Source: Somniosus microcephalus | Taxonomy: Eukaryota | Length of the DNA: 64,000 nt | NCBI GenBank assembly: GCA_052327205.1 | Contig: CM126207.1 | Span: 89,776,001-89,840,000, forward strand | Direction: 5' to 3' | The notes under the pieces: model-generated | The model's database searches: none | Told to the model about the DNA's origin: nothing | Seen by the model: the letters and a program-made list of their open reading frames with translations, nothing else | Made by a program: the position numbers and the translations under genes | In this document: one piece after another, positions 53,923-64,000 of the stretch | How positions within the stretch are numbered: position 1 is the first letter of the stretch | How the letters are laid out: each line of letters starts with the position of its first letter

Positions 53923-55920
53923 CTAGCTGAAGTGTCCGGTGGTGCCGAGGGTTTTTTGAGGGCATGTTGTTGTTGGAAGAGAGAGAGAGAGCGACTGGGG
54001 GGAAGAGAGAGAGCGACTGGGGGGAAGAGAGAGAGCGACTGGGGGGAAGAGAGAGAGTGACTGGGNNNNNNNNNNNNNNNNNNNNNNNNNNNNNNNNNNN
54101 NNNNNNNNNNNNNNNNNNNNNNNNNNNNNNNNNNNNNNNNNNNNNNNNNNNNNNNNNNNNNNNNNNNNNNNNNNNNNNNNNNNNNNNNNNNNNNNNNNNN
54201 NNNNNNNNNNNNNNNNNNNNNAGAGAGAGCGACTGGGGGGAAGAGAGAGAGCGACTGGGGGGATGAGAGAGAGCGGCGGGGGGAAGAGAGAGAGCGACTG
54301 GGGGGAAGAGAGAGAGCGACTGGGGGGAAGAGAGAGAGTGACTGGGGGGAAGAGAGAGAGCGACTGGGGGGAAGAGAGAGAGAGAGAGAGACTGGGGGAG
54401 AGAGAGAGAGAGAGAGAGAGACTGGGGGAGAGAGAGAGAGAGACTGGGGGAGAGAGAGAGAGAGAGAGACTGGGGGAGAGAGAGAGAGACGGGAGAGAGA
54501 GAGAGAGAGACTGGGGGAAGAAGAGAGAGAGAGACTGGGGGGAGAGAGANNNNNNNNNNNNNNNNNNNNNNNNNNNNNNNNNNNNNNNNNNNNNNNNNNN
54601 NNNNNNNNNNNNNNNNNNNNNNNNNNNNNNNNNNNNNNNNNNNNNNNNNNNNNNNNNNNNNNNNNNNNNNNNNNNNNNNNNNNNNNNNNNNNNNNNNNNN
54701 NNNNNNNNNNNNNNNNNNNNNNNNNNNNNNNNNNNNNNNNNNNNNNNNNNNNNNNNNNNNNNNNNNNNNNNNNNNNNNNNNNNNNNNNNNNNNNNNNNNN
54801 NNNNNNNNNNNNNNNNNNNNNNNNNNNNNNNNNNAAGGGGAGAGGGAGGAGGGGGGGGAGGGGGGAGAGACAGAGGGAAGGAGAGAGAGAGGTCGAGTCC
54901 CCAGCCCGCGGCCGCAAATGGAGCCGGGACCGGGCGTGAGCCGGCTTGAGGCTGTGAGAGAGGGCCGGGCCCGGTTGCCGGGGTAGCCCTTCCCCCCCTT
55001 CCCGCCCTCCCGAGCCCCGCCCCCCACCCTCCCAAGCCCCGCCCTCCCGAGCACTGGCCAGCCCCGCCCTCCCGAGCATTGGCCCCCCGCCCCAGCCGGC
55101 TTCAAGACCGCTGATTGCGGCTGGGCCTGCGCGCCGCGCGGGTAGAGAGAGAGAGAGAGACGCCGCCGCTCAACGGAGCAGGCTCTGTGGGTGTGGGGGA
55201 GAAGCAGAAACATCAATATCAGCTTCTAGATGTTGGCACCAGTCACTCACCGCAGCTTCCAGTCGTTGGCAGCAGTCACTTCATTTATAGAAAACCCTCC
55301 GCCCTCCCGAGCCCCAGGATAGGGCCTGAGCGGGCTTTAGACTGCCGGTTGCAGCTGGGTCTGTGGCCTAGTAGAGGGGGGGAAAGCCCGAGTCCCCGGG
55401 CAGCAAAAAAAGAGAGTGAAAGATAGGAAAATTAATCAGCTTACAAAAAGTCTTTAGAAATTAATTTACTTTTTTAAAAAACTATTTAATTGTGTACAGA
55501 AAGTGGGGAAAAAAATCAACTTAGGAATCAAGATGGCGGCCACTCACCTCAGCTCAGAAGGATTAGGCCCGTCCACACACACACCGATTGGTCAACCGTC
55601 AGGTAACTGAACTGTAGGATTGGTCAATCATCACGTCACTCAACTCTAGGATGGCCCGTCCGCACACGCAATGAACCCGCCCCTGTGATGCAGCGATTGG
55701 TCAACCGTCGTGTCGCTTGACTGTACGATTGGTCAACCTTCACGTCACTCAATGCTAATGAGCGGATAATGAGCGGAATTTTGAACATTTGTTGGATACC
55801 GTCTGAACAATTTTTGTCTGACCAAAAAGTAAATATGCTTATGACCATTCCGGAAACATAAGCTTTCTTTTGATATAACACATGTGTAGGTACGCTCTAT
55901 AACTTTTGAGTGTATAAAGT

Positions 55921-55965
<45 letters not shown>

Positions 55966-55999
55966 TGGAAGGACAGAAGAGCTATTTTATATATATAGA
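53923..55999 (-). mobile_element. Helitron B (non-autonomous relative of Helitron A)
   Basis: 5' end A|TCTATATATATAAAA followed by (GTCT)n. ~450 bp homologous to the 5' end of A. 3' end CGGCACCACCGGACACTTCAGCTAG. Confidence 0.85.
53976..54890. repeat. GACTGGGGGGAA(GA)n minisatellite containing two assembly gaps (N at 54066-54221 and 54550-54834)
   Basis: ~22-bp purine-rich unit, read directly from the sequence. Confidence 0.95.
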
Positions 56000-56999
56000 T
56001 TTAAAAAATGTGATTAAAAAAAAATTAGTTGAGGTTTTAGTGATGTTTTGGGGCTTATAGTATTGATAGGTTTGACAACCCTTCCTGTCAAACTTATGAA
56101 TGAAGCATTCCCTGCTACCATTGGCTCTCCATGGCCCACGTGATCCCAGGGGACACATCGAGCTAACTGCGCCCCTGGGATACGCAAGCACTGCGCGCCG
56201 GCAGTTGGAGGAGGCCCAGGATCGCAATTCCACGGGGGCTCACAGCTCAACGGCCGGCGCGCAAGCTAAGTGCTGGTCGGAGGCTTGCACCCGCGGGAAG
56301 CCTCCGACCTGAATTTCTGGGCCACTAGTATATACAATGTGAAAATATAAATATAAATACAGTAATTAATTTACAGATAATGGAGCGATTTTTCAGATGT
56401 TGATAAATTTCCCATCCAAGTTTTACCAGGTAGAAAAGTGTATTTTGGATGGAATAAATAAAATAAATATTTGCCTTGATATAGTACCTTATTGCATCAA
56501 AATGGCTTGAAGAGATTCATGCAATGAATTATTTTTCTTGGGGAGTATGGTTACTATTCTTATGTAAGCAAATCTGTGTTTGGCTGATTTTACATCAGTT
56601 TCAGTCTTTCTCCCATGTTGGGAAAGTACTCATTCTTAGAGGGGAGATCCAATTAACTTTAGACTCACCACAGTCTTACATTAAGTCTTGCACTAGCGTT
56701 TTCTTATGCACAGAATTTAGAACTATTCAGACCGGGTTTAAAAACTACACCATCCGTAACAGAGAAAGGACAAATGTTTTTCTTTGAAATTTAATATTAG
56801 ATTAATAACAATACCACTTTACAATGTTTTTCAGTTACAAATATTGATAATGGTAAACTGACTGGATGGTGAGTGCTAGTATTTCTTAACATAAATCTCA
56901 CCAGCATAGATCAATCACTGCATTACTAGAAGTGAGAATGAACATTTTTGCAAAATGCTTGTATGGAAATTTGTTGCTCTGATAAATACATTCACGTGA

Positions 57000-57699
57000 G
57001 CCAGGTCCTCCAATCAGAAAAGAGGATTCCTAATATGCTTATGGAATTCCATTTACGGAACGGAATCCCATAAGCCTATGAGGAATCTCCAAATAATTAA
57101 ATAATTTATATAACTGGAATAAAAATAAATGTTTCTATTTTCAAATGTAATTAAAAGTCCCTTCAATAAAGCATATACAGTAACAATTTAATTTTTTTTA
57201 ATAATTAAAAAATGTTTTTTATTCTCTTATGGGATCTGGGCATCGCTGGTAAGGCCAGCATTTATTGCCCATCCCTAGTTGCCCTTAAGGAGGTGGTGGT
57301 GAGCTTCCTTCTTGAACCTCTGCAGTCTGTGTGGTGATGGTACTCCCACAGTGCTGTTAGGTAGGGAGTTCCAGGAGTTTGACCCAGCGACGATGAAGGA
57401 AATATTTTAATTCAGGCCAAAATTTACACAAACTAATTTTAAAAGCTTGTGCATGATTTTCATTAAAAAAAATTTAATTTAAGATTTACATTAACCCTTA
57501 CGCTGGTGAAAGCAGGCCCTATGCCTGCTTTTACCAGGCATAAGAGTTTTGTGGGCATTTGCTGGGCAGTACTGCACCGGCGAAAGTGATTTTTGGTTTG
57601 GTGCAGTAGATCTGTCAAGGCGAACCTTGACAGATCACAAGTTCTGAGTTTTTGCGTACGCTGTGCATACGTCGTCATCGAGAGCGCAAAATCCGGGCC
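57000..57699. mobile_element. Harbinger-type MITE remnant with a LINE 3' fragment inserted at ~57220-57400
   Basis: Right end AAAATCCGGGCC. Shares the CTGGT.AAAGCAGGC..GCCTGCTTTTACCAG palindrome with 61085-61122. Left end uncertain. Confidence 0.55.
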
Positions 57700-58401
57700 A
57701 ATGTTTCATTCTTTTCTTTCAAAGTAGAAAAGAAACAGTGATAACAGAAATGATTTGTAAACAATTCTAGTCACCTTCTGTATGATCTATTGCTGCAATT
57801 GACAAATATGACCACAACATTAAGAACCTGAATACTGAAAGTGTCTATTATTTTATTTGTAGACAGAATAACGTGTTTATTTTAATATTTCTTAATTGTG
57901 TAACATTTATATGTTTTATGGTGAATTTGCAGGTCTCATGGCTCTACAAGTAGGGCTGTTACTTGGCCAGGTGTTTAGGTTGAGCAGTGAGGGACAGGGG
58001 CTTGGTGGTTTGTTAGGCAGTGGGTGAGGTTAAGGTGGGAGCAGCATGTGATTTAGAATGATACTTGGATGGGCAGTGGGTTATTGGGGGAACATAGTTA
58101 TTTGTATGGTAGCGTGTTTGGTGTCAGCTTGGCTCAGTTGATAGCACTCTTACCTTTGAGCCAGAAAATTATTATGTGTTCAAGCCCCACTCCACGCCTT
58201 GAGCACATTCTCTAGGCTGACGGTTTAGTGCAGTACTAAGGGAGTGTTGCATTGTCAAAGGCATTGCCCATCAGATGAGACTTTAAAGTGCGGCCCTGAC
58301 TGCCTGTTCTGATGGTTCAGGTGATGTTAAAGATACTATGGTACCATTTGAAGAGGAGCGGGGAGTTCTGACCAACTTCCCCTCCCTCAAACAACACTAC
58401 T

Positions 58402-59098
58402 CTGGGGCGACCAAACGCAGATTGGGTGACCGCTTTACGGAACACCTCCGTTCAGTCCGTAAGGGGAACCCCCGAGCTCCCGATGGTCTGTCACTTTAAT
58501 TCACCGCTCCATTCCCACTCAGACCTCACCGTCCTCGGCCTCTTGCATTGTTCCACGGAAGCTCAGTGTAAGCTCGAGGAACAGCACCTCATCTTTCGAT
58601 TAGGCACTCTACAGCCCTCTGGACTCAACATAGAGTTCAACAATTTCAGATCATAACCTCGGCCCCTGTCACATATATTTTTATCCACACTTTTTGTTTG
58701 GCCTTTTTTTCTTCCCTCCCACATGGCAGCTGTCCTTCATTCTGCCAGTGCAATTCAGACTTCATCTAGAGCCATCCTTTATTCTGTAACCTGTCCCATT
58801 ACCACCTCCTCTTGCCTTGAATATCTCTTAATGTCTCTCAATGTCTCTTAATCTCTCCTGCTTTCTGTCCTATCACTGACCTTCCCTTTTGTTCTTTCAT
58901 CCCCTCCCCCTTTTCCCAGCCCCTAAACTTGCTTTAAAATCTATTCCATTTCCTGCTTTTTTCCAGTTCTGATGAAAGGTCTTCGACCTGAAACGTTAAC
59001 TCAGTTTCTCTCTCCACGGATGCTGCCTGGCCTGCTGAGTTTTTCCAGCGTTTTCTGTTGTTATTTTGGATTTCCAGCATCCGCAGTATTTTGCTATT
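58402..59098 (+). mobile_element. Penelope-like element 3' fragment (GIY-YIG endonuclease C-terminus and pseudo-LTR)
   Basis: G.TKRRLGDRFTEH.., CHFN, KLEEQHLIFRLGTLQPSGLN, followed by the hammerhead-containing tail. Confidence 0.88.
58965..59001 (+). ncRNA. Minimal type I hammerhead ribozyme motif
   Basis: AGUU-CUGAUGA-A-AGGUC(UUC)GACCU-GAAAC-GUU-AACU: conserved core, stem I, stem II and palindromic stem III. Confidence 0.8.
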
Positions 59099-60598
59099 GT
59101 ACCACCAAAACCTAGACTGACCGGCTATTGATCATGTGTTTCTTTGCACACACCACTGTGCTGGACTGCTGCACTTTCCCACAAAAAAATACGTTTCAAA
59201 AAGTAATTCATGCACATGAAGCACTTTGGGATGTTTCAGAGAGTTGTAATAAAGTGCCAATGATTGCATTAAATACTGTATTTAAAAAATAGATAAAACA
59301 AATTGAATCTGAAAGACAGCAGTTGTTCCACCATCATGACAGTATTTAATAAGAACATAAGAATTAGGAGCAGGAGTCGGCCATACGGCCCCTCAAGCCT
59401 GATCTTTGACCTCAACTCCACTTTCTGCCTGTTGACTCCCCTGTAGTTCAAAAATCTATCTATTTCAGCCTTGAATATACTCAAAGACTCAGCCTCCACA
59501 GCCCTCTGGGGTCAAGAATTCCAAAGATTCACAACCCTCTGAGTGAAGAAATTCCTCCTCATCTCAGTCTTAAATGGCCGACCCCTTATCCTGAGACTAT
59601 GACCCCTAGTTCTAGACACTCCAGCCAGGGGAAACAATCTCTCAGCATCTACCATGTCAATCCCCCTCAGAATCCTATATGTTTCAATGAGATCACCTTT
59701 CATTCTTCTAAACTCCAGAGAATATAGGCCCATTCTACTAAATCTCTCCTTATAAGACAACCCTCTCATCCCAGGAATCAATCTACTGAACCTTTGTTGC
59801 ACTGCCTCTAAGGCAAATATATCCTTCCTCAGACAAGGAGACCAAAACTGTACACAGTACTCCAGGTGTGGTCTCACCAACACCCTATACAATTGTAGCA
59901 AGACTTCCTTACTGTTATACTCCAAAACCCTTGCAATAAAGGCCAACATGCTATTTGACTTTCTAATTGCTTGCTGTGCCTACATGCTAGCTTTCTCTGT
60001 TTCCTGTACGAGGACAGCTAAATCTCACTGAACACCAATATTTGATAGTTTCTCACCATTAAAAAAATATTGTTTTTCTATTCTTCCTACCAAAGTGAAT
60101 AACTTCACATTTCCCCACATTATACACCATCTGCCACCTTATTGCCCACTCACTTAACCTGTCTATATCCCTTTGCAGGCTCTTTGTGTCCTCCTCAGAG
60201 CTTACTTTCCCACCTAGCTTTGTATCATCAGCAAACATGGATACGTTACACTCGGTCCCTTCATCTAAGTCATTAATATAGATTGTAAATAGCTGAGGCC
60301 CAAGCACTGCGGCACCCCACTAGTTACAACTTCCCAAACTGAAAATGACCCATTTATCTCTACTCTGGTTTCTGTCCATTAACCATTCAAATGTATTACC
60401 CCCAACCCCATGAGCCCTTATCTTGTGTAACAATGTTTTATGTGGCACCTTATCAAATGTCTTTTGGAATTCCAAATATAGTACATCTACTGGTCCCCCT
60501 TTATCTACCCTGCTATTTACATCCTCAAAAATCTCTAATAAATTTGTTAAATAAGATTTCCCTTTCATAAAAGCATGTTAACTCTGCCTAATCATATT

Positions 60599-61340
60599 GG
60601 GCCTTATTTTCCGACTGGAGGCATCCCGCGTGCAGAGGCCTCCAATCTGGAAAAAATCTACACACTTACCTGAGGGCTCTTGAGGTGCATATAGTTCCGA
60701 TGCTGGGCCTCTCCAACTCTAAGTGCGCAGGGCCCACGTATCCCAGAGGCGCATGCAGTTTGCAAGCGTCCCTGGGATCACATGGGCCATGGGGAGCCAA
60801 TCAAAGAAGGGAACCTCCCTTCATACACTTGATAGGTAGACCTGGCAAATATATGAATGGAAATCACCCCAAAAACACTGTAAAACATTAAATAAATGAA
60901 AAAACAACATCACATTTTAAAAATTAGTTGAAATTACAAAAAATTAAATATTTTTAACAAAAATTTAATTTTTTGAAAAACATAATTAAAGTTCTTTATG
61001 GGGCTAAAAATAAACTTACCTTTTTAAAAAGTATTTTAAAATGATAAATGAGTGAACATTTAAAAAAACTTTTTTCAACTCCTATCCTGGTAAAAGCAGG
61101 CCTTATGCCCGCTTTTACCAGGTGTAAGAATTTTAAGAGTTTTCAGCAGGCAGAGCATCTCCAGAAAGCGGAACTATCCGCCCGCAGAGACCCTTCTCCA
61201 GGGCAGGTGGAGGGGCTGTCAAGATCAGAAATGCCGGTTTTCAGCGCTTGCGCTGTGCATGCCTGAAACCGACATTTCCGATGTCCTTGCGGGTGTGTAC
61301 ACAGCGCGTACACACCCATAGGGATCGGAATATCCAGCCC
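60599..61340. mobile_element. Harbinger-type MITE
   Basis: Termini GGGCCTTATTTTCC / GGAATATCCAGCCC with TSD ATT. Removing it restores the CR1 sequence. Confidence 0.85.
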
Positions 61341-62168
61341 ATTATGATTTTCTAAGTGCACTGTTACCACTTCCTTAACAATGGATTCCAGCATTTTTCC
61401 AATGACTAATGTCAGGCTTACTGGCCTGTAGTTTCCTGCTTTCTCTCTCCCTCCTTTCTAGAATAGTGGGGTTACATTTACTACCTTCCAATCTGCTGGG
61501 ACCATTCTAGAATCTAGGGAAGTGTGAAAGATCACAACCACTGCACCACTATCTCTGCAGCCACCTCTTTTAGAATCCTGGGATGTAGACCATCAGGTCC
61601 AGGGAATTTGTTGGCTTTTAGTCCCATTAGTTTCTCAAGTACTTTTCCTCTATTGATCTTAATTACTTTAACTTCCTCAATCTCATTAGCCCCTTGGTTC
61701 CCCATTATGTTTGGTGTGCTTTTTGTATCTTCTACTGTGAAGACAGATACAAAACATTCGTTTAAAGCCTCTGCCATTTCCTATTAGAATTTCTCCTGTC
61801 TCAGCATTTAAGGGACCAACGCTTACTTTGGTACTGTCTTTCTTTTTACAAACAGAAGCATTGTAGCAGCTCTTACAATCTGTTTTTATATTCCTTTCCA
61901 GTTTACTTTCATATTCTTTTTTCTCCTTTTTTAATCAATTTTTTGGTCATCCTTTCTGGTTTCTAAAGCTCTCCCAATCCTCAGGCTTACTGCTAATCTT
62001 TCCAACATTATAAGCCTCTTCTTTTAATTTAATACTATCCTTAACTTCTTTATTTAGCCACAGATGGATCACTTTTCCTGTGGAGTTTTTATTTCTCAAG
62101 GGAATGTATATTCATTGAGAATTTTGGAATATTTCTTTAAATGTTTGCCACTGCTGATCTACCATCAT

Positions 62169-62854
62169 CGGCTGAAAATTCAGTAGCCTTAGCGCCTCAT
62201 TTGAGGCGCTAGAGGGCCTTGCGCCGGAGTTATGGCCAGTAGTGAAATTCCCTGGGGCCCTAAATCGGCATTGCTCCGGTAGCGCTGCGCCGGCACCGAT
62301 GACGTCATCGGTGTGTGCAGCGTCCCGGTTGCCGTGGTAACCCGCCCGAACTCCGAAATTGAGTTGCGGCCGCCTCGCCCGTGGCAGCTGCAACCAGCGT
62401 TTTGTCAGAGGTGCCTTACTGCAGTTAGCGCCGGCGCATTAAAGGCCCCGCGGCGGCCGGCCGCTTTCCCGCCGGCCGCCTGCCCGCAGCTCCCTCCCCG
62501 GACTTCTCTCCCCCCCCCCCCCGGAACAGATGCAAGCCCGGCACTTGTCCGAGGTGCCGGGCTCATTTTTAAGCAGATTTGCGCGGGCCGCGGCCGGGTG
62601 CAGGCAGCTCCTCCTTAATGGAAGGAGGAGGCCTGCACTTCCCCAGCCTGCCGCACCACATCGGGTGCCGCAGCGCCGGAATTGCGGCGCGAAACGGCAG
62701 TTAGCGCCCTTTTCCAGGCGCTAAGACCCTTCAGTAGCGCCGGCAGCCGTTTGGGTGCGGCGCCACTGAATTTTTGGCGCGCGCAGGGGACTTAGCGCCG
62801 GCACTAATTTCCGGCGCTAAAGCCCTGGCTAAGCCAAAACCCAATTTCTAGGCC
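62169..62854. mobile_element. CpG-rich (young) Harbinger-type MITE
   Basis: Termini CGGCTGAAAATT / AATTTCTAGGCC with TSD CAT. Repeated TAGCGCC(GGC) motifs. Confidence 0.8.
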
Positions 62855-62958
62855 CATACCTTTTAATCTAATTTCCCAATCTATCTTAACCAACTTGCCC
62901 CTCATACCTATGTAATTGGCTTTATTTAAGTTTCGTACTTAATTATGTCACTCTCAAA

Positions 62959-64000
62959 TAGGGTTGCGAAGGGGTGGAAAGTTTCCGGTAAATTTCCGGA
63001 AATTTTCCATGGGAAGTTTAGCTTGGGAATTTTGCCCAAAAAAGCACATGCTAGCATAATATTGTTTTTTTTTGTATTTCTTTCATTTTTTTTCACAGGT
63101 CCTCTCTTAAAATTACTAACAGAGATGGAATCTTAATTATTAAGGAATTTCTTAATCAATAAATGTTTATCTTCTTACTTGGCTTGTTTTAATAATTACA
63201 AATTTTGTGTGTGACTGTGAACAAATGTGTCCTGATTGGTTGGATGAGCGGATGAGTGATTAGCTCCCTCTATTGGTGATATAGCGCCGTGCGTGCACAG
63301 GTCATGCTTCCATCACATGGAGAATCAGGAAAAATGTACTCACCCTGTTGCAATCGTGCTGATCGACCGCAGTTCGACACAGAGACAAATGCCCTTTATT
63401 GCTCTGCATAGAACAATGCCATGTTTACCGTTGGATGTGTGGAAGCATTTTACCCCAGGCATTAAAGATGGAAAGACTGTGTACATGTGCAAACACTGTA
63501 CAAAGCCATATGTAAAGTATGCCACAAAGATGCAGCAGCAATTATCCAAATGCAACAACTTCACTCAAAGCTCACAGCAGTCAGCCCAGAGTTCCTCTGC
63601 TTCCATTCAAGAAGATGATGGTTCACATTCAGCATCAGGCTCCTTATCAGCAACTCCTGGCCCACTTGGAAGGTTCTTTGATACAATGGATAACCATAGC
63701 CAGAAGTATGCAGATGAGTGCCTTACTCAAGCTGTATATGCGACAGGCTCACCCCTCATGCTCACAGCCAATGTGTACTGGAAGAGATTGTTCAATGTTA
63801 TTCACCCTGCATACTGTCCTCTCAGCCGACATGCTTTGTCTACTTATTTGCTGGAGGCTGAGTATAACAGAGTCCAAGGAAAGTGCAAAGAAACAATAGA
63901 GATGGCAGACTGTGTTGCAGTTATCTCAGATGGGTGGTCAAATGTACGAGAGGAGGGCATCATACACTGCATCATCTCCACTCCCAGTGTTCTTCAAGAG
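62959..64000 (+). mobile_element. 5' part of a hAT DNA transposon (runs off the window)
   Basis: Begins TAGGGTTGC, has subterminal GGAAA/TTTCC repeats, and is followed by a transposase ORF. Confidence 0.85.
63416..64000 (+). CDS. hAT transposase N-terminus (BED zinc finger and first catalytic Asp), partial; absent from the ORF track because it has no stop within the window
   Basis: 195 open codons: MPCLPLDVWKHF..CKHC..TKMQQQLSKC ... AVYATGSPL ... SRHALSTYLL ... ISDGWSNV. Confidence 0.85.
   Translation, partial: MPCLPLDVWKHFTPGIKDGKTVYMCKHCTKPYVKYATKMQQQLSKCNNFTQSSQQSAQSSSASIQEDDGSHSASGSLSATPGPLGRFFDTMDNHSQKYADECLTQAVYATGSPLMLTANVYWKRLFNVIHPAYCPLSRHALSTYLLEAEYNRVQGKCKETIEMADCVAVISDGWSNVREEGIIHCIISTPSVLQE

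Larger units (their letters stand above)
44398..56323. mobile_element. Harbinger-type MITE (44398-44835 plus 56000-56323) hosting the Helitron pair
   Basis: 18-bp TIR GGCCCAGAAATTCGGGTC / GACCTGAATTTCTGGGCC (17/18 match). The halves are reverse-complement relatives of 60599-61340. Confidence 0.8.
58120..59260 (+). mobile_element. DeuSINE-like SINE interrupted by a Penelope fragment
   Basis: 58120-58401 and 59101-59260 match consecutive parts of 38910-39335. Confidence 0.7.
59349..62958 (-). mobile_element. Decayed CR1 ORF2 interrupted by two MITEs and bounded by a hAT element
   Basis: (TTCTTATG) tail, LVRPHLEYC, FADD, GPDGLHPR, QQWQTFK. Confidence 0.92.

Noticed and set aside
53898-55216. 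370-436 aa ORFs
   Set aside because: They span N gaps and (GA)n repeats.

Overview
Eukaryotic, vertebrate-type DNA, most likely a cartilaginous fish (inferred from its CR1, DeuSINE-like and Penelope repeat types). No host protein-coding exon, rRNA, genuine tRNA gene or CRISPR array is recognisable. The window has two zones. (1) About 1-11.2 kb is CpG-retaining and almost free of transposons, with G-tracts and several enhancer-like blocks, as expected near a developmental regulatory gene. (2) About 11.2-64 kb is CpG-depleted and filled with nested transposons: several CR1 LINEs; L2 and RTE remnants; tRNA-derived SINEs; a near-complete Ty3/Gypsy element (260/261-bp LTRs, GATCT TSD, tRNA-Leu PBS); a degenerate two-gene Harbinger with many related MITEs; two Tc1/mariner (Tigger-like) MITEs; a Penelope fragment carrying a hammerhead ribozyme; the 5' end of a hAT element; and a head-to-tail Helitron pair. 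The larger Helitron encodes a ~1,730-aa Rep-helicase with 23-aa STPR-like repeats, followed by an in-frame second helicase fragment that lacks Walker A. All calls were made by eye; no database searches were run.
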